NCBI GenBank assembly: GCA_963664115.2
Contig: CAXWPJ010000002.1
Coordinates: forward strand, 192,001-256,000
DNA from: Terriglobia bacterium
GTDB taxonomy: Bacteria > Acidobacteriota > Terriglobia > 20CM-2-55-15
Direction: 5' to 3'
Length of the DNA stretch: 64,000 bases
This document shows positions 19,085-29,158 of this stretch, piece by piece. Every line of letters begins with the position of its first letter. The stretch's first letter is position 1. The position numbers and the translations under genes were made by a program. The notes below the pieces were generated by a model. That model did no database searches. It had not been told where the DNA came from and saw only the letters and a program-made list of their open reading frames with translations.

Positions 19085-19933
19085 ATGTATTCCGCGCCGA
19101 TTCGCACACCGTTAACACTCACGCTCAAACAGCGCTTGAAAGACGCGGTCTTCAAAAACCGACACCCCTTCTCTTTCGGTTTGTCCCGCACCACCCGTCC
19201 CGAAACGATTTTTAGTGGAATCCGGGAAGTCGACCAGCTATCCACCGGGTTTCCCCGAGGCCGGATTACTGAGATCGTTGGACCCAATTCGTCAGGACGG
19301 ACCAGTCTTCTGCTCTCCACACTGGCCCAAGTCACTGATAAAGAAGAGGTCTGCGCTCTTATCGATCCGGCCGGCATTTTCGACCCTGCATCCGCAGTCC
19401 ACATCGGGGTCGATCTGGAACGACTCCTCTGGATCCGTACCCCGAAGCCCGACATCGATCCAACGCTCAAAGCGACGGATCTGCTGATTCAAGGAGGTGG
19501 ATTCGGATTGATCGGGGTCGACTTCGGGGGGTTTTCTCATGGTGAAATCGGCCGCGTTCCGCCCTCTTCATGGTTTCGGCTACAACGTGGGGTGCGAAAC
19601 ACGCCCACCATATTGCTTTTCATCGGACGGAAAGCATGCACCCGGGCATGCGCTTCCCTGGTCCTCGGTCTGGAACTGAACCACACGCATTGGACCCCGG
19701 GGCTCTTTGAGGGAATCTGCCCACAAGTTGAGATCCTGCGGTCCAGAATTGATTCCGGCATCAGCTGGAACCGGACACCGCAACGTTTTTTTATCCAACC
19801 CGCACACTTTCGGGCTATTGCCCCTGACCCGAATGACCCGGATGAACCGGATGACCCAGCCGAAAGTGCACCCTCAAAAAACAAGGAATCGAATATCTCG
19901 AATATCGAAGGAGTTCCCTGCCATGAGTTCTAG
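19085..19933 (+). CDS. imuA: ImuA / RecA-like mutasome protein
   Basis: G.PRG.ITEI.G..SSGRTS degenerate P-loop; G.DLERLL; first gene of the cassette. Confidence 0.85.
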   Translation: MYSAPIRTPLTLTLKQRLKDAVFKNRHPFSFGLSRTTRPETIFSGIREVDQLSTGFPRGRITEIVGPNSSGRTSLLLSTLAQVTDKEEVCALIDPAGIFDPASAVHIGVDLERLLWIRTPKPDIDPTLKATDLLIQGGGFGLIGVDFGGFSHGEIGRVPPSSWFRLQRGVRNTPTILLFIGRKACTRACASLVLGLELNHTHWTPGLFEGICPQVEILRSRIDSGISWNRTPQRFFIQPAHFRAIAPDPNDPDEPDDPAESAPSKNKESNISNIEGVPCHEF

Positions 19934-21563
19934 CGCAAAGATCATCGAGCATCGCCTCAACAAAAACACCAAGCCCGGCCCTCTCTCCGGTCCAACATAT
20001 GGCTGCATTCATATTCCCGACTATCCGGTTCAGGCCTTTATACGTAATGAACCCGATTTGCGACGGCGGCCGATGGCCATCCTCAATGGCACATTCCCTT
20101 TATTTACAGTGGTCGCAACGAACACGTTTGCCCGCGGGTTGGGCGTCCAAATCGGAATGACAAAGCTCCAAATCGAGCGTTTCCCCGATCTCATCGTACG
20201 TCACCGATCCGAGAAACAGGAAGATTCCGCACATCACGCCCTCATCGATTGTGCCAACTTTTTCACACCCCGCGTGGAAGATACGGCAACGGATACGGTC
20301 GCGCTCGATCTGAACGGATTGTCCCAACTGTGGGGCACACCCCGTGCCATGGCACAAAAGTTATTTCGAGCAGCCGATAAACTGGGACTGGAAGCCCACA
20401 TCGCCATCGCTTCGAACCCGGATGCAGCGATCCATGCTGCAAAAGCGGAGGCCGGTATCACTGTCATTGCGATGGGTGATGAGACCAGAAGATTAGCGTC
20501 CCTCGATCTTGACATCCTCGCCGCATCGGAAGAAATCCGGGCATCGTTCAGCCGCTGGGGGCTTCAGACTTTCCAGGATCTGGTCCGGCTTCCCGAGATC
20601 GGCGTGGTAGAACGCCTGGGCCAGGAAGGCCTGAAACTCCAACAGATGGCACGTGGAGAAACAAGCCGTCCTTTGCGGATTTTAAATGAAAAGCCATGCT
20701 TTAAAGAATCCATGGAACTCGATGATTCCATTGATTCATTAGAGCCGCTAACATTCATCTTCAGTCGGCTGTTAAACCAGCTCTGCCAACGGCTGGAAGC
20801 CCGCAACCGGGCCACCGACGCATTGTGCCTCAGCTTGACGCTTGAGCCCTTGACGCTTGAGCCCTTATCGATGGAAAAACCCCTCAAGGAAGAAGATGCA
20901 GGAGATGAAAAAGACGCAGAAGACCCGGGAACATCACCCCACCGTTTCGTCCGAACCATCCGCCTGCCAACACCTACGCGGGATTCCAGAGTTTTATTGA
21001 AGCTCCTGCAATTGGATCTGGACGCACACCGCCCCCCTCGACCCGTCATCGGCGTCACGCTTAGCGCGGAACCGGCCCCACCGCGCCGCATCCAGAACGG
21101 ATTGTTCGTTCCCCTGGCACCCGAACCCGAGAAGCTGGAACTCACACTGGCCCGGATTGGAACCATTGTCGGAAACGACCGCATCGGTTCACCCCGCCTG
21201 CTCGATACACATCGCCCCGATCGATTCCGCATCCAGCACTTCACTGTTCCGACCCGATCGAAAGCCAGACGATTGCCTCGAAACCCGCCGACTTCAATGG
21301 CTCTGCGTATGTTCAGGCCACCTCTGGAAGCAACCGTCGAAAAGCTTGGAGGCCAACTGTCCCGAATCTTCTTCTCAGGCAGATCCGGAAAGGTCACGAC
21401 CGCACGCGGACCATGGAGTACCTCAGGGGAATGGTGGCGCGAAAATCCATGGAACCGGGAGGAATGGGACGTCGAAGTTCAAAGTGGTCAGGACCGCAGC
21501 CTGTATCGCATTTACCAGGACCAGCGGACTTATCAATGGTTCGTCCATGCGACCTACGATTGA
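19923..21563 (+). CDS. imuB: ImuB, inactive Y-family polymerase
   Basis: Y-family fold lacking catalytic acids; GPW...GEWW C-terminal motif; upstream of dnaE2. Confidence 0.88.
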   Translation: MSSSAKIIEHRLNKNTKPGPLSGPTYGCIHIPDYPVQAFIRNEPDLRRRPMAILNGTFPLFTVVATNTFARGLGVQIGMTKLQIERFPDLIVRHRSEKQEDSAHHALIDCANFFTPRVEDTATDTVALDLNGLSQLWGTPRAMAQKLFRAADKLGLEAHIAIASNPDAAIHAAKAEAGITVIAMGDETRRLASLDLDILAASEEIRASFSRWGLQTFQDLVRLPEIGVVERLGQEGLKLQQMARGETSRPLRILNEKPCFKESMELDDSIDSLEPLTFIFSRLLNQLCQRLEARNRATDALCLSLTLEPLTLEPLSMEKPLKEEDAGDEKDAEDPGTSPHRFVRTIRLPTPTRDSRVLLKLLQLDLDAHRPPRPVIGVTLSAEPAPPRRIQNGLFVPLAPEPEKLELTLARIGTIVGNDRIGSPRLLDTHRPDRFRIQHFTVPTRSKARRLPRNPPTSMALRMFRPPLEATVEKLGGQLSRIFFSGRSGKVTTARGPWSTSGEWWRENPWNREEWDVEVQSGQDRSLYRIYQDQRTYQWFVHATYD

Positions 21564-21584
21564 AGAAAGGCAAAGAAAAACCTT

Positions 21585-21797
21585 TCACCGCAGAGGCGCA
21601 AAGACGCAAAAGAAGAAAGAGAAAGACGGGATAGGCTGCCTACATCCCGATCAACCCGCGCAGGTCGGGTTAACAAGAACGTCGTTCGAAACCCATAGGG
21701 ATCTCGTCAAACGAAATCCACACAGACCACCCGTCTTCCTTTGCGTCTTTGCGTCTCTGCGGTTTTTTCTTCTTCCCTCTGCACCTCTGCTGTGAAT
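21585..21797. repeat. REP-like inverted tandem-octamer repeat (CGCAAAGA type)
   Basis: ACCGCAGAGGCGCAAAGACGCAAA ... TTTGCGTCTTTGCGTCTCTGCGGT. Confidence 0.75.
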
Positions 21798-21801
21798 TCC
21801 G

Positions 21802-24800
21802 ATGTATGTCGAATTGCATGCGGCATCTGCTTTCAGTTTTCTTGAAGCCGCTTCACTGCCCGAAGACCTTGCAGCGACAGCGGCACGGATGGACATGGCG
21901 GCCATGGCCATTGTCGACCGGGGGGGCGTTTACGGCGCGCCACGGTTTCACCTGGAAGCTCGACGCGTAGGCGTCCAGCCCCATATCGGCGCTGAAATTA
22001 CAGTTACGGGCGGATACCGCTATCCCCTGCTGGTCGCGACCCGGCAGGGATACCGCAATCTCTGCCGCCTGATCACACACATCAAGATGCGCGCGGTCAA
22101 AGGCGAAGGCACGGCGACACTGGAAGAACTGGCCGAACACGCCGCAGGCCTCATCTGCCTGACCGGAGACGAACGCGGCCCACTGGCTGGAGCACTTGGG
22201 AACGGGGGCGTTTCGGTAGCACGCCAGTGCCTCATTCAACTCACGCATATCTTTGGACGCTCCAATGTCTACGTGGAATTGCAACGCCACTTTGACCGCC
22301 AGGAAGAAGCCCGTCTCGAGGCCTGCTGTGAACTTGCCGATCACATGCGGCTCCCGATTCTTGCGACCAATGGCGTCCGGCACACCGACCACCGCGAAAT
22401 CCTGGACGTATTCACCGCGATCCGCAATCACAGAACATTGGAATCCGCCGGACGGCTGCTTTCCAACAACGCCGAACGCCGTTTTAAGAGCCCGAAAGAG
22501 ATGGCCCTCCTGTTCAAAGACCTTCCTGAAGCGATCGCCAACACGGGCGAGCTTTCTTCGAGGCTCGTGTTCACGATGAACGACCTCGGCTACCGCTTCC
22601 CTCCATACGCCGTCCCGGATGGTGACACGATGCACTCGTTTCTTCGGAAAAGAACGTATGAGGGCGCCCACAACCGCTACCGGCCGCTTCATCCGAAAGC
22701 CCGTCGGCAGATCGAACGCGAGCTGGCTTTAATCGAAAAGCTCCAACTGGCTGGCTATTTTCTGATCGTCTGGGACATCGTTCAGTTCTGCCGCAGAGAA
22801 AACATACTGGTTCAGGGTCGGGGTTCGGCGGCCAACAGTGCCGTTTGCTATTCACTGGGGATCACGGCAGTCGATCCAGTGGGGATGGATCTTCTCTTCG
22901 AACGATTTCTTTCTGAAGAGCGTGGGGAGTGGCCTGATATCGATCTGGATTTGCCGAGTGGAAGTCAGCGCGAGCGGGCCATCCAGTACGTCTATGCGCG
23001 CTACGGACGGCGCGGGGCAGCCATGACCGCTAACGTGATCACCTACCGGGGCCGGTCTGCTGCACGTGAAGTCGGCAAGGTGCTTGGCTTCGATCCGGAA
23101 ACGCTCGGCCGACTCTCCAAGCTGGTCAGTCGCTGGGAATACCAGGACCCGAACGACAGCCTGGAGGGAAAATTCCGGACTGCGGGACTGGATACAAACC
23201 ATCCCCGTATCCGCAAGTTCATCGAGCTTGCCGTCAGTCTCCAAAAACTGCCCCGGCATCTCGGACAGCATTCCGGCGGCCTGGTGATCTGTGAGGGAAC
23301 CCTGGATTCGATCGTGCCGCTGGAACCGGCATCGATGCCGGGCCGCACTGTCGTTCAATGGGACAAAGACGACTGTGCCCACATGGGCATCATCAAAGTC
23401 GATCTGCTGGGGCTGGGGATGATGGCGGTACTCGAAGATACGATCCAACTCATTCGGGACAACAATAACGAAACAGTCGATCTGGCCCATTTACCCGCAG
23501 ATGACCCCACCGTCTATCAAACGCTTCAGAGGGCCGACACCGTGGGTATGTTCCAGATCGAAAGCCGCGCACAGATGTCCTGCCTGCCCCGTTTGAGACC
23601 CACCCGCTTTTACGATCTGGTCGTCCAGGTGGCCATCATCCGCCCGGGACCCATTGTCGGCAAGATGGTCCATCCATATCTCAACCGTCGGCAGGGCCGT
23701 GAACCGGTTCGCTATGACCACCCATCGCTCGAACCTGTTTTGAAACGGACGCTGGGCGTTCCGCTCTTTCAGGAACAACTCTTACGGCTGGCTATGATCG
23801 CTGCCGGGTTCAGCGGGGGGCAAGCCGAAGAACTCCGCCGCGCCTTCGGTTTCAAACGATCCGAAGAAAAAATGGGCGACATCGAAATCAAATTACGCGA
23901 AGGCATGCAGAAAAGGGGGATCACCGGGGATGCCCAGGACAGGATAGTCGGGTCGATCACATCCTTCGCGCTCTATGGGTTCCCCGAATCCCATGCGGCG
24001 AGCTTCGCACTCATTGCCTATGCCAGTGCATACCTCAAATGTCATTATTTACCGGCATTTACAGCGGCAATCTTAAACAATCAGCCGATGGGGTTTTACA
24101 GTCCCGCGACGCTGGTCAAAGACGCCCAGCGTCACGGCTTGCGTGTCTTGCCCATCGATGCCGCGCGATCGGACTGGCTCTGCAGTCTCGAGAAGAACCA
24201 GATAAAGACCGGCCCGGGAGAGGCGCTCACCCTTCGCCTGGGCTTGAACTACGTCAAAGGTCTCCGCGAAGTGCCCGGACTCCGAATCGTCAAAGAGCGC
24301 AGCCGCAAAGCCTTCACTTCAATAGAAGACCTGGCGCACCGTGTCCCCGAACTTCAAAAAAAAGAATTGACGCTGCTGGCAGAGGTTGGAGCACTGAACT
24401 TCATTCAAAAGGACACGCGCATACACCGTCGTGACGCGCTCTGGCAGGTGGAACGGGCCTCACGACCCTCCGGCCCCTTATTCGACACTACAAAGACGCC
24501 CGATGCGCCTTCCCCGCTGCACCCGATGAACGCTGAAGAACGCCTTCTGGCCGATTTTCGGGTATCCGGCTTAACAACGGGCCCCCACCCGATGGCGTTC
24601 TGCCGGGACCGTCTCGATAGAATGGGGATTCGCCCGGCGGCGGACCTCCACCACACGCCGAACGGGACATGGGTTAAAGCCGCGGGCTGTGTGATTGCAC
24701 GTCAACGCCCGGGAACGGCCAAAGGTTTTGTTTTTTTGAGCCTGGAAGACGAAACCGGCATTGCCAATGTGATATTTACGCCGGACATGTTGGAGCGGAA

Positions 24801-24942
24801 CCGTGCCCTGATTACAGCAGAGCGCTTCATTCTGATCGAAGGCCGGCTCCAGCACGTCGACAACGTTGTTTCTGTAAAAGCACAAAGAATTCACGCGTTA
24901 TCGATAACTGAAGCCCCCACACAGTCCCGGGACTTCTACTGA
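21802..24942 (+). CDS. dnaE2: Error-prone DNA polymerase DnaE2
   Basis: YVELH..S.FSFL, GRGSAANS, PDIDLD, C-terminal SRDF motif. Confidence 0.96.
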   Translation: MYVELHAASAFSFLEAASLPEDLAATAARMDMAAMAIVDRGGVYGAPRFHLEARRVGVQPHIGAEITVTGGYRYPLLVATRQGYRNLCRLITHIKMRAVKGEGTATLEELAEHAAGLICLTGDERGPLAGALGNGGVSVARQCLIQLTHIFGRSNVYVELQRHFDRQEEARLEACCELADHMRLPILATNGVRHTDHREILDVFTAIRNHRTLESAGRLLSNNAERRFKSPKEMALLFKDLPEAIANTGELSSRLVFTMNDLGYRFPPYAVPDGDTMHSFLRKRTYEGAHNRYRPLHPKARRQIERELALIEKLQLAGYFLIVWDIVQFCRRENILVQGRGSAANSAVCYSLGITAVDPVGMDLLFERFLSEERGEWPDIDLDLPSGSQRERAIQYVYARYGRRGAAMTANVITYRGRSAAREVGKVLGFDPETLGRLSKLVSRWEYQDPNDSLEGKFRTAGLDTNHPRIRKFIELAVSLQKLPRHLGQHSGGLVICEGTLDSIVPLEPASMPGRTVVQWDKDDCAHMGIIKVDLLGLGMMAVLEDTIQLIRDNNNETVDLAHLPADDPTVYQTLQRADTVGMFQIESRAQMSCLPRLRPTRFYDLVVQVAIIRPGPIVGKMVHPYLNRRQGREPVRYDHPSLEPVLKRTLGVPLFQEQLLRLAMIAAGFSGGQAEELRRAFGFKRSEEKMGDIEIKLREGMQKRGITGDAQDRIVGSITSFALYGFPESHAASFALIAYASAYLKCHYLPAFTAAILNNQPMGFYSPATLVKDAQRHGLRVLPIDAARSDWLCSLEKNQIKTGPGEALTLRLGLNYVKGLREVPGLRIVKERSRKAFTSIEDLAHRVPELQKKELTLLAEVGALNFIQKDTRIHRRDALWQVERASRPSGPLFDTTKTPDAPSPLHPMNAEERLLADFRVSGLTTGPHPMAFCRDRLDRMGIRPAADLHHTPNGTWVKAAGCVIARQRPGTAKGFVFLSLEDETGIANVIFTPDMLERNRALITAERFILIEGRLQHVDNVVSVKAQRIHALSITEAPTQSRDFY

Positions 24943-25178
24943 GACCCCATTTGGGGCTGACGCCGGGCAATTCTCGCAACGACCACTCGCATTCCCTCAC
25001 TATCCACCCAATACACAAGCCGAAAATCTTCATGCCGCAGGCGGTACTTGTCTGCTCCGCTAAGCCGCTCAGCGCCTTCTGGAACGGGATCCACGGCCAG
25101 TTTACGAATACGCGCGATCAATCGCCGGCGTGTTTTGAGAGGCACTCCATCCAAGGCCTCGACGGCTCCGGAATTCAT
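24936..25178 (-). CDS. RelE/ParE-family toxin (possibly degenerate)
   Basis: I..LA.DP.P.G..RLSG..KYRLR..DFR.VY pattern; start uncertain. Confidence 0.7.
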   Translation of the reverse strand: MNSGAVEALDGVPLKTRRRLIARIRKLAVDPVPEGAERLSGADKYRLRHEDFRLVYWVDSEGMRVVVARIARRQPQMGSQ

Positions 25179-25185
25179 ATGGAGG

Positions 25186-25416
25186 TCAAATTTTCCCGCG
25201 ACGCCGAAGGTTGCGGACGACGTCCTCGAACTTGAGTTCGGGTTCCCGCTTGCTTTCATCCAATGCCTCCAGATCCTCGGCATCTTCGGCTAAACCACGC
25301 CTTACAGCGATGTTGACAAGGTCGGACACGCTTTGATCGGTTTCCGCTGCTTTCATCCGGAGAGCCTTATGGAGGCTGGGATCGAAATAGATGGTGGTTC
25401 GCTTCGGATCTGCCAT
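25186..25416 (-). CDS. CopG/RHH antitoxin
   Basis: KRTTIYFD..LH.ALR.KAA....SVS.LVN; acidic C-terminus. Confidence 0.85.
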   Translation of the reverse strand: MADPKRTTIYFDPSLHKALRMKAAETDQSVSDLVNIAVRRGLAEDAEDLEALDESKREPELKFEDVVRNLRRRGKI

Positions 25417-25424
25417 GCGCCCAC

Positions 25425-25470
25425 ATTAGCGTCATAACGTTATAGCGTCAAGACATTATAACGTCAAAGC
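25425..25470 (-). promoter_or_regulatory. TA promoter with five tandem 8-bp operator repeats
   Basis: TTAGCGTC-ATAACGTT-ATAGCGTC-AAGACATT-ATAACGTC on the plus strand; minus strand TTGACG-17bp-TATAAC. Confidence 0.7.
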
Positions 25471-25533
25471 TGCGACCGCAGCACTGCCCTGGTCACACGG
25501 GACACACTTCACGCTGGGATATGATTGGGTCAA

Positions 25534-26094
25534 ATGTCCGATCAAGCGATTACGGGATTCGTTCTCGCAGGAGGCCAGGCAAGTCGCATGGGGACCGACA
25601 AGGCTGCCCTGCCCTGGGGCAAGGGAACGCTCGTCGAGCACATGACGGTCCTTCTTTCAGGAGTCGCCACACCCGTCAGGATCGTGGGCCGGGACCCGCT
25701 TCCCGACCTCGAACCCGGCCGCGGCCCTCTCGAAGGCATCCGGACAGCGCTCCGAGCAACAGCGACTGAAAACAATCTCATTACGGCGGTGGATCTCCCG
25801 TTTCTGGACCCGCGATTCCTGGACTATCTGACCACCCGTCTCCGGGCCACCTCAAAAAACCTGCTCCTCTGCCGAATCCAGGGATACGTTGCATTGTGCC
25901 TCGGAGCGCGCCGCGCACTCCTCGGACAGCTGGAGGACTATCTGGGGTCAGGACAACGCTCGATTCAGGGGTTTGCCGCCGTCGTCGAGCACGAAGAAAT
26001 GTCGGAGGACGAACTGCACAGAACCGGTTTTAGCACTGAAATCTTCAGAAACATCAACACGCCGGAAGACTATAAAAGGGCAGGAGAAGCCTAG
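25534..26094 (+). CDS. mobA: Molybdenum cofactor guanylyltransferase
   Basis: LAGG.ASRMG.DKA, GPLEGI, NINTPED motifs. Confidence 0.9.
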   Translation: MSDQAITGFVLAGGQASRMGTDKAALPWGKGTLVEHMTVLLSGVATPVRIVGRDPLPDLEPGRGPLEGIRTALRATATENNLITAVDLPFLDPRFLDYLTTRLRATSKNLLLCRIQGYVALCLGARRALLGQLEDYLGSGQRSIQGFAAVVEHEEMSEDELHRTGFSTEIFRNINTPEDYKRAGEA

Positions 26095-26182
26095 TTGGCG
26101 TTTCCCTGCGGCCGGCCTTTCAAGTAGCGCGTCCGCGGGAAAGCGATATTCAATCCCGATTTTAGCGGATGGACAAAAGGTG

Positions 26183-28138
26183 TCAGGCCACACCCAGGGC
26201 GCGCAATCCCTGAACTGTAAGCACGGCGGCCCCGTATCCCACACCGGTGTAGAAGAGCAACTGAATGCCCGCAAAACGCCAGGAGTTGGTCTCCCTCTGG
26301 ACAACGGCTACTGTAGCGATGCATTGAAGAGAAAAGAAAAAGAAGACGATCAGACCGATCATACTCGACACCGTAAAGACCCGTTGGTCGGTACCGGCAA
26401 AGGTGGCCGTTCGCATCTGCTCCAACAGTCCTGCAGCCTGCGTGTCTTCGCCTTCCCCTTCTACGGAAAACACGATTGCCATGGCACTGACGAAAACCTC
26501 TCTCGCGGCAAACGCCGAGATCAGGCCCACGCCAACACGCCAGTCCACACCCATGGGTTCCAGTAGCGGTTCAGTGAATTGCCCCAATTGAGCGGCCAGG
26601 GACCGGTCGATCTCCGACTGCACGATCAGCGCTTGCGCCTCATTTCCAGCAATCTGCGGTTGAAAGCTACCGAGCCCGAAATTCGAGAGAAGCCACAGGA
26701 GAATCGCGATGACGACGATAGGCATACCGGCTTTACGGAGATATGAAGATGAGCGCGACCAGGTCATCCGCAGGATCACTTTCCATCGCGGCACGCGATA
26801 TACCGGCAATTCCATCGCCAGGAGCGAGGAATCATCGCCGGGCATGATGAAGCGTCCGACGAGACCGGCGGACAGGGATCCAATCAGGAGGCTGGCCAGA
26901 TAGATCGCCGCCAGGCTCAGCCCCGCCCAGGCAGCATCCGGTACCAGCGCCGCCAACAATAATGCATAGACCGGCAATCGAGCGCTGCAACTCATCAGCG
27001 GAATGATCCACACCGTCAACAATCGTTCCCGCAGGGTCGGAATCGAACGCGATGCGAGGACCGCTGGAATGGCGCAGGCGAAACCCGAAAGCATCGGAAC
27101 AAACGACCGGCCATGGAGTCCCAGATATGACAGAGGCCGGTCCACCAGCGTGGCTCCACGCGCCAGATATCCGGAATCCTCCAGCAGGGTCATCAGGAAG
27201 AACAAGATCACGATCTGCGGAAAAAATACCGCCACGGCGCCCACGCCTCCGATCAATCCTTCAGCAACGAAACGGGCCAGAAGGGCTTCCGGAAACAGAC
27301 CGGTCAGCAGATTTCCCGCGAGGCCAAAGCCCGTATCGACAGCATCCATGAACGGTGTTGCCATCCAGAAGATCGAAGCGAACAATGCCGCCAGCACGAC
27401 CACAAACAGTGGGAAACCGAGATGCTTGTGGAGCGCAAGCTGATCGATCCGCGCGGTGAGTGAGTCACCCTCGACCCGGGTGACGGGCCGGACGAGAGCA
27501 CCGGAAGCATCCAGCATTTTCCGCACCGCGGAGTACGCAGCTACAGGATCGTCACCGAGATCGGACAATGCGTTCGGCTTCCATTCGCGCCGGGCTGCGG
27601 CTCGAAACTCCTCGACAAGCCCTTCGATGCCCTTCCCTTGCCGTGCATCGACCGTCACGATAGGAATCCCTAAGGCCTGGGCCAAGCGCTCCCCATCCAG
27701 CAACTGATCCATTCGTGGAAGCAGGTCTGCCATTGTCAGAATCAGCACGACGGGCTTTCTCTGGCGCGCGACGAAACCGGCGAACTTCAGGTGGCGTTCC
27801 AACTGCGTCGCATCGACAACCAGGGCAAAGACATCCGCCCGAACGGCGGCATCCTGCGACTCGATGACGCGGCAGGAAAGCTCCTCTTCAGGAGAGGGAT
27901 TGACCGAACTGTGCACGCCCGGCAGATCGACGAGCTTGACGGAAGGGCCCCATTCGGGACGGCTCTTGCCCTGAAGCAGGCTGACCGTAACGCCGGGGTA
28001 GTTGGCGGTATGGAAGTGACCGCCGGTGAGAGCATTCATCAGGGTGGTCTTGCCGGAGTTCGGCATGCCCACCAAACACACCGTCAGCGGCCTGGCACTC
28101 TCGTCTGCCAGATCTGCCGCCTCGACGGGCATCTTCAT
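26183..28138 (-). CDS. feoB: Ferrous iron transporter B
   Basis: GMPNSGKT, NYPGVTV, DLPG G-domain; gate motifs GFAC and CSARLP. Confidence 0.95.
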   Translation of the reverse strand: MKMPVEAADLADESARPLTVCLVGMPNSGKTTLMNALTGGHFHTANYPGVTVSLLQGKSRPEWGPSVKLVDLPGVHSSVNPSPEEELSCRVIESQDAAVRADVFALVVDATQLERHLKFAGFVARQRKPVVLILTMADLLPRMDQLLDGERLAQALGIPIVTVDARQGKGIEGLVEEFRAAARREWKPNALSDLGDDPVAAYSAVRKMLDASGALVRPVTRVEGDSLTARIDQLALHKHLGFPLFVVVLAALFASIFWMATPFMDAVDTGFGLAGNLLTGLFPEALLARFVAEGLIGGVGAVAVFFPQIVILFFLMTLLEDSGYLARGATLVDRPLSYLGLHGRSFVPMLSGFACAIPAVLASRSIPTLRERLLTVWIIPLMSCSARLPVYALLLAALVPDAAWAGLSLAAIYLASLLIGSLSAGLVGRFIMPGDDSSLLAMELPVYRVPRWKVILRMTWSRSSSYLRKAGMPIVVIAILLWLLSNFGLGSFQPQIAGNEAQALIVQSEIDRSLAAQLGQFTEPLLEPMGVDWRVGVGLISAFAAREVFVSAMAIVFSVEGEGEDTQAAGLLEQMRTATFAGTDQRVFTVSSMIGLIVFFFFSLQCIATVAVVQRETNSWRFAGIQLLFYTGVGYGAAVLTVQGLRALGVA

Positions 28139-28377
28139 TGCACCAGAATCCAGGAAGCTTCGCGCTTTCGAAGGGCCAGTTGAGTCCCCCGAACGACAAC
28201 CACAAGAGGATCTCCAAGCGGCGTCGATCTCACGACAGCGACCTGTTCATCGGGGGTGAAACCCAGGTCGAGCAGGCGACGGCACTCCCGTTCCGGCCCC
28301 TCAAGTCGTTCGATCCGGTACCACTCGGACATCGTCGCATCTGACAATTTCAATCGGGCTCTGTCTAACTCGACCAC
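28135..28377 (-). CDS. feoA: Ferrous iron transport protein A
   Basis: RRLLDLG..P...PLGDP.....RG..LALRK.EA. Confidence 0.92.
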   Translation of the reverse strand: MVELDRARLKLSDATMSEWYRIERLEGPERECRRLLDLGFTPDEQVAVVRSTPLGDPLVVVVRGTQLALRKREASWILVQ

Positions 28378-28396
28378 TGGAACTCCAATCCCGCTA

Positions 28397-28421
28397 AATG
28401 AAAACGAATATCATTTTCATT
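28397..28421. promoter_or_regulatory. Fur box upstream of feoAB
   Basis: AATGAAAACGAATATCATTTTCATT, an AT-rich palindrome resembling the GATAAT hexamer consensus. Confidence 0.8.
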
Positions 28422-28502
28422 GCTTCTTTGACTATCCTCCAATGCCCCCCCCATTCGCAAGCACGTTTTCCGTTTTTTAGGTGGAAACGATGAATTCCCC
28501 GA

Positions 28503-29123
28503 TCACTGGACAAACTCTTCGCTGCGGTGTTCCACGAGGATCTGAATCCCCTTGTAAACGATGAACGGCGACATGATCAGCGCCGCGAGAGGGTCGCCCC
28601 ACCACCGCTCCATACCCGCATTGATCAGAAGACCGATCAGCAACACCATCGAAAGGTAGGAGTTCCCAAACGTAAAGATCGCGGCCGCCTTGAGGGCCGG
28701 GCTGCGCAATTCCATCGCCAGTGCTTTCATATACGATCCGATAATCGGAATAATCAACATCGAAACGGCAGCCAACACCACGCCCAGCAATGTTGCCCCC
28801 GGAGCGCGGCGTTGCCAGAGCTGGTCTACGCTCACCCCCAAAGCGACCAGGCCAACCAGGATATAGCCGCCCGCGACGACAGCGAAGAGCAAACGGTCTT
28901 TGCCTGGATCGATGTCTGGGGTTCCGTAACGGGCAATCCTCCGGGCCAGAATCAGTTCCCTCACTGCGCCGACGAGGGCGTCCATTCCGAAGGCCAGCAG
29001 GACCGCCGATGCGGTACGCACCCAGAGCAGAATCCCTGAGGCCGCCAGCAGCATGTGCACAAATGCAGTTAAAAGGGCCAGGAAAAGAAACTGCCGCAAC
29101 CACAACTGGGATTCGTCAGACAC
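28503..29123 (-). CDS. Cation-efflux (CDF)-like membrane protein lacking the C-terminal domain
   Basis: About 6 TM segments; LAFG.D, S.AL.A, WW.DP.A motifs. Confidence 0.7.
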   Translation of the reverse strand: MSDESQLWLRQFLFLALLTAFVHMLLAASGILLWVRTASAVLLAFGMDALVGAVRELILARRIARYGTPDIDPGKDRLLFAVVAGGYILVGLVALGVSVDQLWQRRAPGATLLGVVLAAVSMLIIPIIGSYMKALAMELRSPALKAAAIFTFGNSYLSMVLLIGLLINAGMERWWGDPLAALIMSPFIVYKGIQILVEHRSEEFVQ

Positions 29124-29158
29124 CTTCCCTCACCACGCCCGTCGCGCTAACTCGCAGA

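Noticed and set aside
20834-20865. 15-bp tandem duplication in imuB (LTLEP x2) and 9-bp repeats at the imuA 3' end
   Set aside because: These are in-frame linker micro-duplications with no sign of function.
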